Shown here: positions 41,016 through 54,547 of the stretch, piece after piece
How positions within the stretch are numbered: position 1 is the stretch's first letter
Layout of the letters: each line of letters starts with the position of its first letter
Assembly: GCA_051294375.1 (NCBI GenBank)
Contig: CM119265.1
Span: 20,491,160-20,555,128, forward strand
DNA: 63,969 bases
Origin: Paraspadella gotoi
Taxonomy: Eukaryota; Animalia; Chaetognatha
Reading direction: 5' to 3'
The notes under the pieces: generated by a model
What the model saw: the letters and a program-made list of their open reading frames with translations, nothing else
Databases searched by the model: none
Told to the model about the DNA's origin: nothing
Position numbers and translations under genes: made by a program

Positions 41016-41564
41016 NNNNNNNNNNNNNNNNNNNNNNNNNTTTCCTTCGCGTTCCACGTGCAGAAAATAATGTTCATTTTTTTTTTTTTCCTGAAAAGGT
41101 AGAAACTTGATTATAAACAAAAATTCCTCTCAGTTGAAACAATAGGAACAAAGAAAACCGATCGAAAAACGTTTAGCGACGAGAGAAATGATAAAACAAG
41201 AGAATATAACAAATACAAAAGTAATAATAAAACCAATAATTTAAAACAAAAACGCTAACGCTGTAAGAAGCGGGGCAAGGTGCAAATCGCCGGCGCATAA
41301 TAGTAAATTAATTCGCGCAGTCCTTTTTACCAAAAAAAAAAAAAAAGAAGAATCAATAAAAATACTTCAAAAATAATTAAACAACGCGAAAAAGTTTGAA
41401 TAAAAAAATCTTAAAACAACATTTGCTTCACTTGGTTTTTCAACTCTTTCACTCTTTTAGCTACGCACGTAACCTTTTCAAAGGTAAGAAACTAGTTTTA
41501 GTTGGTGGGAGCCTGTTGCGAACTTTGCTCGGAGATGAGATCGAGAAGAGGGACGAGAGAGAGG

Positions 41565-41602
<38 letters not shown>

Positions 41603-42904
41603 TGGCAGAGATGAGAGATGAGACAGCACGAGAGATGATAGAACGTAAAATGTGACACTGCGCCCTCGGGCAGCCGGCCCGGGTGAAACAATAAAACATG
41701 AAAGATAATTAAAGATAAGGACGGGGAAGAGGAAGAGTTGTTTCTTTAAAAAAAGTGGATGAGCATAAAGAAGAGTGAGCAACTTCACTTTTATTCACTT
41801 TTATTCACTTTTTTTTTTACAGCTGCACATATCAAGCCCACATCTTTTTCTCGTTTTTCTTTGACCTGCGAAAATTTATAACTCTGCGAAACAGAAAAAT
41901 CCTTTTTGGGTGATCTTTTAATCTTGCTTTAAAATCTATTCCTAGAATCTATCTACTTATAATTAATCATTTAATAATTATTCTAAAACGCTCCCTATTT
42001 GAAATTTATATTTTTTTGTCATAATTTGTTTTAAATGACAACCCTTCTATGTGGTGGAGCTGGCCTAGCATAACGATTTTCTATAGATAAAAACACCAGC
42101 AATATTTTGCTAACAATAAATTATCGAAAATAAACTAGAACTGCGTTTTGCCAAAGATTGCGATTCTCGTTATTTATGCAATTGACGCTGAGGAATGAAT
42201 TAAACGAAAAAATTATTAAACTATATAATAGCCATAAAAACACGAAATTTCTTGAAGACGTCAAATTTTGAGCTGAACGAATTGCTGAACTTGACTTTTT
42301 CTGTCACTGAGATCAATTCTCTATCTCATTCAAGTTGAATTTTTTATTCGAAACTTTTTTTTCCGTTCTTCGGATCCTCTCCAGAACCGAACAGGCTCAG
42401 TTTATATATTCACAAAACAACGAGATTTATATCGCGAATTTTATAAATATTAATAATGTGATACGTTCTCTGTCAATAGACTTGAAAACTGAAGAATAAA
42501 TCGAAAGATAAACTTTAAAAATATTTACTAGAACGTAGATTGGACGGGGCTTACATAGGTAAAACTAATATATTACGATTTCATAACTTGGTATGGTAAT
42601 AATACAATTACTTTCGTCTGTTTAACAATTCCAAACACGATTTCTTCCCTCAGGTCGGCACTGAATGTTATTCGGCTCATCTTCGTTTCTTCACGTCCTG
42701 ATTTTGCATCAAATTAAGACAAATTAAAAAAAAAACAACAAACAAAAGTGAATCGATTTAACCTCCGCCGGCAAACACGAGTAAAAAAAAAAAAAAAACG
42801 AGGAAAAGATGAGAACAGAAAACCACAATCCTTATAAAGAGGGCGAGAAGACTCATTTCGTAATATTCCTTTTCTTTCACTTGATTTTCTTTTCTTTTTT
42901 TTTT

Positions 42905-44204
42905 GTTTTCCTTTACGAAAAATCGCCTAATTTTTTCTGCCGCTCTGATGTCTGCTTCCGTTTAGGAAGACGATTAGAATCACCTTTTCAGAATCAGAGA
43001 GAAAAAGATGAGAGAAAGACTGACTGACTCCCGAAACAGAGAAGAATAAAAAAAAGATCGATAAAAATCTTCCCCTCATTCGGTTACAACAGTTTTTCTT
43101 CTTTTGAAACAAAGAGGAAGAAATCAGTTGCCTCGAAACGAAAAAAGTCGCGACTCGAAAATCCCACACTTATATATATATATTACCGAAAATAATTTTC
43201 CAGTAAAATTCGTTCGATTTATCGGAGAATCCTGCCTCCCCTTAAGAGAAAAAAAAGGCGGACGACGAAGAATCCAATTTTCCGACCGACAAAGAATTTT
43301 TACGACGACGAAAACGACGACGACGACGACGACTCCATAACCCGCCTCAAAGACTTTTTACCCTCCACCCTCCACCCCTCCACCCTCTTCCCACCCGCGC
43401 CATTATCGGCGTCCCAACAAAAACCAGGCGGAGTTTTTCATAGTCTCCTCGCCCCCCCAAACCTCGCGTCACCCGGCCCCTTTCCTGCCGTCTCATCGGC
43501 CCGCTTCCGGCGCTGCGCCTCCGCTCTATATAAAAGTCGTTACCTTGAGTTACCATCACAACAAATCGTCATCATCAACATCATCAACTTTGGGACGGAA
43601 GGAGATAGAGAGAGATAGAAGAGAGACGATTCTCCCCCTCTCACTCTCTTTTTTTTTATTTCTCCTAGCCATACAGTAAAACAGGAAACCCATTTCCCAA
43701 GAAGCGCAGAGAAAAAGAGCAGAAAGAAAAAAAGGAAAAAAAATCGTGAAGAATTTCGATCACTTGAAAGGAATCCAAACGCAGGAGAAAAGAAGATCAA
43801 CTTTGGCCCAGGAACCTGCGTTACAACAACGTTCACACGACGTTCCACAACGACGCTCAGGAAGACGTCACACCCGTCGTTCACATCGTCGGCGAATCGA
43901 AGGAAAAACAAAGAAGAGCGACGGGCCTCGCCTGATTTGCAATTTTTCTTTCCGACGTCACGCGAGAAGCGGAACTTGGTTGGCGCCGACCAGATAGAGA
44001 GAGGAGAGAGAATGAGCAGAGAGAGAGATGAGAGAGAGAGGGAGAGAGAGAGAGAGAGAGGGAGAGAGAGAGACGAGGAGAGAGAGAAGAGCGGAAAGAA
44101 CGAGAGAAAGACCGAGATAGCAGACGGAAAAAGAGGAGTGGGAGCCAAAGTGAGAGAGAGAGGGAAAAAGCGTCTTTCTTCTTCCATTTTCTGCCCATCG
44201 TCGG

Positions 44205-44242
<38 letters not shown>

Positions 44243-46200
44243 CAAAGTTTTGAAGGCGCCGATTTTCGTCGTCCCGTCGTCTCGGCGTCATTACTTGGGC
44301 GCCGCCTAAAGACGCATCGGCGCCGCAGAAGACCGCATCGGCGCCCGAATTAGACCGATCGCAAAAAAAAAAAAAAAAAACTCCATTGTCCGACGAAGGC
44401 GAAGCAACACAAAATACTCACGATGTTTGAGGTAAACGGAAAACGTAAACAAAACCTCGGCAGCTTAAGGGGGAGGATGAGAGAGAGAAGTGTGATTATG
44501 GGAAAATGTATGGGTTGGGATTATTACGAGAGGGCGGACGGGGGGGGTTCGGGGGGAGATGATTCGGAGGATGTCGTGGATGTAGTAGGGTGGTGAAAAG
44601 TGGGCTGGAAAATATTATTAGGGATTAGGGCATATCACTTTCAGGGAACTATCCTTTATCCTTTATTACTACGAGGGCTAAATATCGGAAATGAAAAGTT
44701 TTAAATAAACACATAGACCTTGGGCGAAAAAGTGAAGTTTGTAAAAAAAGTTGTCACTTTAATATCCGCAAGAGATAAAGTTTAAATTTTATTCGAGAAG
44801 CGATTAAATGGAATTAAATTGATGCAGAGAAAGAGTCACGATCCAAAAACGATTTGTGTCCAAGTCGGGGAAAAATGTCAATGGCGTGTCACAAACAGCT
44901 TTTAAAAAAATCATAAAAGTATTCGTTCTTAATCGTAAAATGCTGGGATAATCTTGAAAATACATAACAGAGAACGGTTCTTTTATGAAAAATCCATCAT
45001 CTATTATTCATCGACAATATCTAATATTATTATTGCATTATTATTTCTATATCGCAATTCAATTCCACGGGAAAAAGAAATGCGTTATCAAATAATCTAG
45101 CTTCGCCTTTGTGCACTATGCATGAAACGAGTAGATGAAAATAACAAACCTAAGCCACTCGAACGTTCAATTTCGTTTCTTTGCGCTTCTAACCCCCGAA
45201 ATCAAAAGCCCGTCGTCCCTGAATTGGTTTCCCCCCCCCTAGGTCCGCCCCCCCCCAAAAGAATCCCCCCAGATCGGAAATGACGTTTCATTCGCTTCGC
45301 CTTTTCTACCCTGGGGACCAAATCGTGCAGAAAAATCCGGGCGGCCCACGGGGGCCCGTGGGGGAAAGGGGGGTATTGGGTGGGTGGTACAAGCGATGGG
45401 GACCCGTAAAACGCTAGAGTCATAAATAAATATATCGGAGTTCCATCCACGAGGGATATCATCAAGACCTCGACGCGTGTTATACGTTATTGCCCTCATA
45501 ATATTTATAATCAGGTGGGATTAAGTTTTTTTTTCGGTTTAAAATATATATTGTTAGTATTTGTTACAGTTGGGGGGGTTTACGATAATGATTTTTTGTT
45601 GTTGTTGTAAATTAGTACCTTGTTTATAACTTTTATAACTTTTAAAACCTGCCCACGTTGATTTCTCCTACTAAAGTCTCAGTCAGTGACGCAAATGAAA
45701 CGTCAGCCCTGTAAACCCTTTCGTCAATTCCTCTAGTCCTCTAAACACATCGCTCTTCATCCATTCACCCCTGATTTATTTTCCATTCACCCCTGATTTC
45801 GTTCCATTCATCTCTGCTATTCGACGTCCATCCTATTTAATGTGTCTAATTTGTTTTCATCTCTCCGATCTTTCGACCCTTTTTCTGTTTTCCTTTTTTT
45901 CCTTTTTTTTTTTAATCTCGCACAAAAGATTCCTTTTGATCTTTTCCTTTTTTTCCATCTTTCTTCGTTGCTTTTCTCAGATTTTTCTTTCTTTTTTTAT
46001 AGTGTGCGCATTTTATTTTTTTTTTGTAGGGGACTCTTTATCTCGTTCTCTGTCTCGCTTTCTCTCTCTATTTCTGTCTCTCACTTTCTCCTTTCTCTTT
46101 GCTCTATTATTTATTTGTCTTCTGATATCCCGGCACCCCCCCGAAATTCCATCAATTTAACTCTCCTCTCTACGGTGATCTCTTCTCTCTGCTCTCGTCT

Positions 46201-46272
<72 letters not shown>

Positions 46273-46311
46273 CCATCGAAAGCCGTACGGCGTCATCCAT
46301 ACCAATCGATT

Positions 46312-46392
<81 letters not shown>

Positions 46393-46545
46393 GCTCTCTC
46401 TCTTTGCTCTCTCTCCTGTCATCATCATCCTCAGTATGAATGAAAGAATCCAGTTTGAGTTTGAGTCTCGATCCTGCACGATCCATATAACATGAGGCTG
46501 CCCCTCCTCCGCCCCCTTAGGGGTAAGACGAGCCGGGTGAGGCGG
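42905..46545 (+). repeat. Block Y partial copy 3 (about 30291-33940), joined directly to block X copy 2
   Basis: Colinear match ending at the 25-N gap 46546-46570. The X-Y junction here is probably the true one. Confidence 0.9.
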
Positions 46546-47706
46546 NNNNNNNNNNNNNNNNNNNNNNNNNGAAAAAAAAGGCGACGACGAAGAATCCAAT
46601 TTTCCGACCGACAAAAAGAATTTTTACACGACGAAAACGACGACGACGACGACGACTCATAACCCGCCCTCAAAGACTTTTTACCCTCCACCCTCCACCC
46701 TCAACCCTTCCCCACCCGCGCATTATCGGCTGTCCAACAAAACCAGGCGGAGTTTTCATTTAGTCTCCTCCGCCCCCCGAAACTCGCGTCACCGGCGCCC
46801 GCTTTCCTGCCGTCTCATCCGGGCCCCGCTTCCGGCGCTGCGCCTCGCGTCTATATAAAGTCTTTACCTTGAGTACATCACAACAAATCGTCATATCAAC
46901 ATCATCTATTTGGGACGGAGGAGATAGAGAGAGATAGAGAGAAGAGACGATTTCCTCCCCTCTCACTCTCTTTTTTTTTATTTTCTCTAGCATACAGTAA
47001 ACAGGAAACACCATTTCCCAAGAAGCGCGAGGAAAGAGAGCAGAAAGAAAAAAAGGGGAAGAAAAATCGTGAATGATTTTCCGATCTGATCTTTTCACGA
47101 AAGGGAATCCAAACGCGAGGAGAAAAAGAAGATTCAACTTTTGGCCCAGGAACACTGCGTTCACAACAACGTTCACAACGACGCTCACAACGACGCTCAG
47201 GAAGACGTCACACCCGTCGTTCACATCGTCGGGCGAATCGCAAGGAAAAACCCAAGAAGACGCGAGGCCTCGCCTGATTTGCAATTTTTTTTCCGACGTC
47301 ACTGCGAGAAGCGGAACTTGGTTGGCGCCGTACCAGATAGAGAGAAGAGAGAGAGGAGAGGATGCAGAGAGACGAGGAGAGAGGAGAGAGAAGAAGAGAG
47401 AGAGAGCAGAGAGAGAGAGCGAGAGAGAATCGAGAGCGGATAGAACGAGAGACAAGACGAGATAGCAGACGGGAAAAGAGAGAGTGGGAGCCAAAGTGAT
47501 AGAGAGAGAGGAAAAAGCGTCTTCCTTCTTTCCATTTTCTGCCCATTCGTCGGACGGACGACGACGACGGACGACGACGACGACGACGCGACCCAAAGTT
47601 GAAGGCGCCAATTTCGTCGTCCCGTCGTCTCGGCGTCATACTTGGGCGCCGCCTAAAGGCGCATCGGCGCCGCAGAAGACCGCATCGGCGCGCGAATTAG
47701 ACCGAC

Positions 47707-47744
<38 letters not shown>

Positions 47745-49548
47745 CATTGTGCCGACTTGAAGGCGAAGCAAACAAAAATACTTCCACGATGTGTTGAGGT
47801 AAACGGAAAACGTAAACAAAACCTCGGCAGCTTAAGGGGCAGAGAGAGAGAGAGAGAGAGTGTGATTATGGGAAAAATGTAATTGGGGTGCGGATATACG
47901 AGAGGGGGACGGGGGGGAGAGATGATTCTGAGGATTTCGTGGGATGTAGTAGGGTGGTGGAAAAGGTGGGGGCTGGACAAAATATTATTAGGGATTAGGC
48001 ATATCACTTTCAGCGGGAAACTTATCCTTTATCCTTTATTACTACTAGGCTAAAATATCGGAAATGAAAAGTTTTAAATAAACACATTAGACCTTGGGCG
48101 AAAAAGTGAATTTGTAAAAAAAAGTTGTTCACTTTTAATATCCGCAAGAGATAAAGTTTAAATTTTATTCGAGAAGCGATTAAATGGAATTAAATTGATG
48201 CAGAGAAAGAGTCACGATCCAAAACGATTTTGTGTCCAAGTCGGGAAAAATGTCAATGGCGTGTCACAAACAGCTTTTAAAAAAATCATAAAAGTATTCG
48301 TTCTTAATGCGTAAAATGCTGGATAATTCTTGAAAATACATAACAGAGAACGGTTCTTTTATGAAAAATCCATCATCTATTATTCATCGACAATATCTAA
48401 TATTATTATTGCATTTTATTTCTATATCGCAATTCAATTCCACGGGAAAAAGAAATGCGTTATCAAATAATCTAGCTTCGCCTTTGTGCACTATGCATGA
48501 AACGAGTAGATGAAAATAACAAAACCTAAGCCACTCGAACGTTCAATTTCGTTTCTTTGCGCTTCTAACCCCGAAATCAAAAGCCCGTCGTCCCTGAATT
48601 GGTTTTCCCCCCCCCTAGGTCCGCCCCCCCCAAAAGAATCCCCCAGATCGGAAATGACGTTCATTCGCTTCGCCTTTTCTACCCTGGGGACCAAATCGTG
48701 CAGAAAAATCCGGCGGCCACGGGGGCCCGTGGGGAAAGGGGGTATTGGGTGGGTGGTACAAGCGATGGGGACCCGTAAAACGCTAGAGTCATAAATAAAT
48801 ATATCGGAGTTCCATCCACGAGGGATATCATCAAGACCTCGACGCGTGTTATACGTTATTGCCCTCATAATATTATAATCAGGTGGGATTAAGTTTTTTT
48901 TTTCGGTTTAAAATATATATTGTTAGTATTTGTTACAGTTGGGGGGTTTACGATAATGATTTTTGTTGTTGTGTAAATTAGTCCTTGTTTATAACTTTTA
49001 TAACTTTAAAACCTGCCCACGTTGATTCTCTCCTACTAAAGTCTCAGTCAGTGACGCAAATGAAACGTCAGCCCTGTAAACCCTTTCGTCAATTCCTCTA
49101 GTCCTCTAAACACATGCTCTTCATCCATTCACCCCTGATTTTATTTTCCATTCACCCCTGATTTCGTTCCATTCATTCTTCTGCTATTCGACGTTCCATT
49201 CCTATTTAATGTGTCTAATTTGTTTTCATCTCTCCGATCTTTCGACCCTTTTTCTGTTTTCCTTTTTTCCTTTTTTTTTTTAATCTCGCACAAAGATTCC
49301 TTTTATCTTTCCTTTTTTTCCATCTTTCTTCGTTGCTTTTCTCAGATTTTCTTTCTTTTTTTATAGTGTGCGCATTTTATTTTTTTTTGTAGGGGACTCT
49401 TTATCTCGTTCTCTGTCTCGCTTTTCTCTCTCTATTTCTGTCTCTCACTTTCTCCTTTCTCTTTGCTCTATTATTTATTTGTCTTCTGATATCCCGGCAC
49501 CCCCCGAAATTCCATCAATTTAACTCTCTCTCTCTCTCTCTCTCTCCC

Positions 49549-49611
<63 letters not shown>

Positions 49612-49648
49612 CCATCGAAAGCCGTACGGCGTCATCCATACCAATCGA

Positions 49649-49715
<67 letters not shown>

Positions 49716-50032
49716 CTCTCTCTCTCCTCGTCATCATCATCCTCAGTATGAATGAAAGAATCCAGTTTAGTTTGAGTCTCGATCCTGCACGATCCATATA
49801 ACATGAGGCTGCCCCTCCTCCGCCCCCTTAGGGTAAGACGAGCCGGGTGAGGCGGGTAAGGCGGTCGTAGGGGGCCGGAGCTGGGTGGGGGGCACAGTGA
49901 CCTCATTCACGAGGCGAGGCGCCCGCTCATGTCGTCGTCGTCGTTCTCGTCGTCTTTTTTGAAGGGCGACGAGGAGGCGGGCGACTCCGAAGTTTAACCT
50001 TTGCATTTTAAGTCGAAAACAATTGAACATGC

Positions 50033-50115
<83 letters not shown>

Positions 50116-50181
50116 GATTGATTAACGAATAATAAATCATAGGTCCTTCGGTATTTCGTCTGTCCATTCTCTCTATTTTTA

Positions 50182-50275
<94 letters not shown>

Positions 50276-51275
50276 TTTTTTTCTTTCTTTTTTTTTCTTT
50301 CTTTATTTTCGTTTCGTTTAATTCTTTCTTTCTTTTTTTCTTTCATTTCCTTGTCTCCGTTCTCTTTCATTCTTTCCGTCTCAGACGGACGACGTTGACA
50401 TCTTTTTTGTTCGATATTTTTTTTTCTCTCATCTTCTCGATTTTCTTCTTTCATATATTCACTTTTTTAATCATTTCGAAGGCGCTTCACTCTTCCTCTT
50501 TTCTCTTTTTAGTGTTTGCAATTTTGTTTGTTTTTTTCTTAGCTTTTTATTTGGATCTTTAACGTAGTTATAATTTCACATTCAACGTTACGTTACATGA
50601 CATTACACAATTCCTCTTTCTCTCTTTCATTATATGTCTTTTTTTTTCCAAACTTCTCTTTCCAGCCAGCGAAGAAATTATGACTCTTCATTCCAATTTT
50701 CACAAAGTCGAAAGAGGTTTTGCCAAAAGCATTAGAAACAAAAATGTAATTTGCTTGAGTCTTGAGTCTTAACTCTTTTTTTTTAAGCCTTAAAATGAAA
50801 AAGGAAAAAAAAAAGCTGAGGCCTCGTTCCGGGTTCGAGATGCGAAGAGGGTTTTTGAGGCGTCAGGGTTCGTAACCTCGATTCAAGTTTTATTGGATTA
50901 AAATTGTCCCGCGCGTTTCTTCGAATAAAAGACCAATTAATGAATTAATAGAATTGAATTTTCTCGAAAAATCGCTTCTCTCTTCCCTTGAATAAAAAAA
51001 AATTGCGGCTTAAGGGAGACAACGTGAAAGTGAGTTTTTCCCAACGATCCGCCTTGTCTCTTTGGCAATGTCTCACGATCTTTAATAATAAAAATAAAAA
51101 TTAAATTTTATATTTTATATCTAAACTCAACGATTTTGACATCCTTCCTTCGACGATAAAATCTTTTCGCGATTTAAAAGCGGAAATCCCAATCATTGGG
51201 GCGAGGCGAAAAAACGGGTCCAGGTGGCGCCGCTCACTCATTGTTGCCAAAAAACCCGTTTTCAGATTTCAAGCA

Positions 51276-51354
<79 letters not shown>

Positions 51355-52211
51355 AAATACGACCGGTTTCAGTCAGGTGACACCCTCTATGTGTTTTATC
51401 TTTTTCTTTACTACTTTTTCTTTTTTCCTTATTTCTTCCCCTTTTTTTCCTAGACTTTGTCTTGGATTTTTTTTTTTCGTTTGCGGCTTCAAAGTGAAGG
51501 AGTTTTCTCACTTCTAAACCGAGAAGAGAATCGTAGTGTTTTCAAAAAGATTTTTACCGGCGAAACAAGTAAATAAATCTCATGAATTTGAGTAGTGTGT
51601 TTAAAAAATGACACGTAGACTATCCTAACGATCGAATAAAACAGATCTGACTCTTTCTCTCATTAAATAAAAGTAAAATTCTTAATACAAAACAACTTTA
51701 CATCGTAATAATATAAAACTATTTATTATTCTCAGAAACAGGAACATTTTAAACTAAATTCCTGTTTGTTATTTTTTTTTGGAGGGGGGGGGAACCTGAC
51801 AAAAAAAAAATAGTTCGTGCTTATCGCTAAATCACTCCCCGCCGTTTAATGAGCGTAAAAAGGCTCGCGCTTCGTTTATTCATTACAAACTCTATTTATA
51901 TGCTTATTTTTTTTCCCTTACACAATACACACTCGGGTTTTTTTTTCTATCAACATTGATTTTTATTCCGATTTTTATCCCGCGCATTCGATTTTCATTC
52001 CTCACAGCCGCGACTGCCGAACGTCAACATCGAAAACTCGTCCTTTTAAGAAAAAAAAAAAAAAATTAAAACAAAGGAACAAAAGATCGAAAATTCCCGC
52101 CAGAGTTCTCTCTTTGTTGTTGACGAGAAAATTAAAAAAAAGGGACTTCGCTGGACGCGGCCCAACGGCGATCGTCGTTCGTCGAGACGCAAGCAGTGAG
52201 TGATCAGCCTA

Positions 52212-52244
52212 CCGGTGATTGGGCCGGTGATTGGGCCGGTGATT
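52212..52244. promoter_or_regulatory. 12-bp tandem repeat CCGGTGATTGGG (about 2.7 copies) containing two reverse CCAAT boxes
   Basis: ccggtgattggg ccggtgattggg ccggtgatt, about 1.1 kb upstream of ATG 53341; duplicate near 36327-36360. Confidence 0.4.
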
Positions 52245-52551
52245 CATCTCACTTCAGTCCCAAAATTTTTCGTCGTCTCTGGAAGAAGGTGAGGAAAAAA
52301 ATCAGAATAGGATATCCTTCTTGTCCTCAAGGAAGTTTATTAAATAACCATGATTCCTCTTTGTCTTTCTCTCTCTCTCTGTCTTTCTCTGTCTGTCTTG
52401 CTCATTCTCACACACAAACACACGAACAAAAGGACAATGGACGCTCTTTGTCCCCAAAAACTAATTCTCTTGATGACGTTCAAGTTTTCGAGGATTCGCA
52501 CCGACCCTCAAGGAATCCTTACCCCCAATCGCAACACAAAGAGACAAACAT

Positions 52552-52632
<81 letters not shown>

Positions 52633-53340
52633 GCCTGACCGGGAACCACCTTATCCTCCTCTTCCTCCTCCCGATATTTTGCGTTGTTTTGATAGCTATC
52701 TGCGATAATTATCTCTCTCTCTCTCTCTTTCTGTCCCCCACCTCAGGGCCTTGCGTGTTGGCGGCTCGTCTCAACCAAAGCCGGGAGCGAAATTTAAATC
52801 AGCCTCTTAAATAAAAGAACAAAAAAAAAAAAGATATAGAAAACACTGAAATATTAAGGAAAACAAAAAAAAGTAAAACCGAAATATAAACTTCACCAAA
52901 TCCAATCGACCACCTCCAGTTTAACCGACCACCTCCCAACCCCTAATCCCTCTCCACCATCCCCCCATCCCAGTTCCGAAAAAAAAACCCAATTCTCAAT
53001 CGAGGGTTCGAACTCACGACCCTCGGATCAAACTTCCCTCCCCCCCCGATTTCCCCTCCCTCTCCATCTTGTTTTCTACCCGATCCGTCAACCCTCGTCC
53101 GCCCCGAGGGTTTGTCTCCAACCCTGCGACACAAAAAATCGCACGATAGAGAGAGAGAGACAGAGACAGAGACACAAAAGAGACAGCGATAGAGAGAAAG
53201 AGGGAAAGAGAGAGAGAGAGAGAGAAAGAGATAAACTCTTCTTCCTCATCTTTCGTCATCAAGAGAGGAAAAAAAAAAAGTTGTTGTATTGGACTCTTCC
53301 TCCTCTTCCTCCTCGTCCATCTCGTCCTCATCCTCCAGAG

Positions 53341-53526
53341 ATGACCGTCAACAGCGGATCCGGTCTTCAGTCCAACCAGTCGCATCCCACGTCTTCGAGT
53401 TTGTCCCTCGTCGCTCCGTCGTCGTCGTCGTCGTCGTCGTCGTTGCATCAATCGTCGTCGGCGTCGTCGTCAGGATCGTCGTCCTGGGAGTCTCCCTGTT
53501 TCTCGCACTTGTTACTCGAGCAAAAG
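53341..53526 (+). CDS. Coding exon (62 aa, Ser-rich: MTVNSGSGLQSNQSHP..SWESPCFSHLLLEQK) of the Gln-rich regulator-like gene
   Basis: ATG after about 865 bp without a + strand ATG, 62 open codons, AAG|GTGATA phase-0 donor followed by a T-rich intron; in frame with the exon at 55877. Confidence 0.6.
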
Positions 53527-54489
53527 GTGATATTTTCTTCCTTTTTTTTTTTTTTTTTTTTTAATGCTACAAAATACTTTTTTTTTTGCTTATCATCTCT
53601 TATCATCATTTATTTAAAACCAATTTGGGTCTCTTCTCTCTCGCTAATGGATTTTTCCCCGTATTTTTTTTTATTTTTCGTAAATTTTTTTAAATTATTG
53701 AACCGAAAAAAGAAAAAAAATTCGCGTTTTTTTTTTACGATAAATTTTTTTTGTTGTGTCACGTGACGATAGTAAAATTAAAGGAATGGATATATTCTTC
53801 CATCCATCCGCGAAATATCGACCGCAGTTTGGAAAGGAGTCTTTGTGGAGAGGCGCGATCGATCCTCGGCATTTCGTGAGCTGCAGATGAGACTGTCTTT
53901 TCTTTGCTGACTGACATTGTTCGATGTTCAGTTTTCAGTGTGGTTATAATGAAAAAAACTTGTAATTTTTGGGAACAGTTACTCTTACTTGCTAAATTTG
54001 GATTTATGATCAGTTTCGGAATATTTTAAAAGCATACGCGATTAATATTACTACAGTATTCATTCAATTAAATTAAATTAAATTAAATACTATTTAATTC
54101 AATTTCTAAAATAACAAAGCCGAATTTTATTTCTCAAACGACACGGCCTTCGTTTATTTGCCGAATGTTAACTAATTTACTCGGTTTGGCGTGCGCTCGT
54201 TTTGTCATCGCATGTCCTGCATTTAAAACTGTTGTCTAAACTTTGCTCTTTTGTCATGCCGCATTGTTATTCTGTGTACAACGCACGCTGTCTTTTTTTT
54301 CGTTTTACGTTCATTTTATTGTTATATTTCTTTCTCGCCTTGGTTTTAATCTTTAAAATCGAGCCGAGAATATATTTTTCTAATTTGAAACTTAATTGGA
54401 TATTTGCCGAATAAAAAAAAAAACCCGATGAGAATCAATTAAAGTTCGATGACAATATCTGAACTCATCTTGAACTCTCTTTCTTATTA

Positions 54490-54529
<40 letters not shown>

Positions 54530-54537
54530 GATTCCAG

Positions 54538-54547
54538 ATGACGTCAT
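54538..54547. promoter_or_regulatory. Perfect CRE palindrome ATGACGTCAT in the intron
   Basis: Exact CREB/ATF consensus. The duplicate at about 38868 reads ATGACTCAT (1-bp deletion), so the true base call is uncertain. Confidence 0.25.

Noticed and set aside
53001-53032. tRNA T-arm/B-box-like GGTCGTGAGTTCGAACC on the minus strand
   Set aside because: No A box or cloverleaf; not called as tRNA or SINE.
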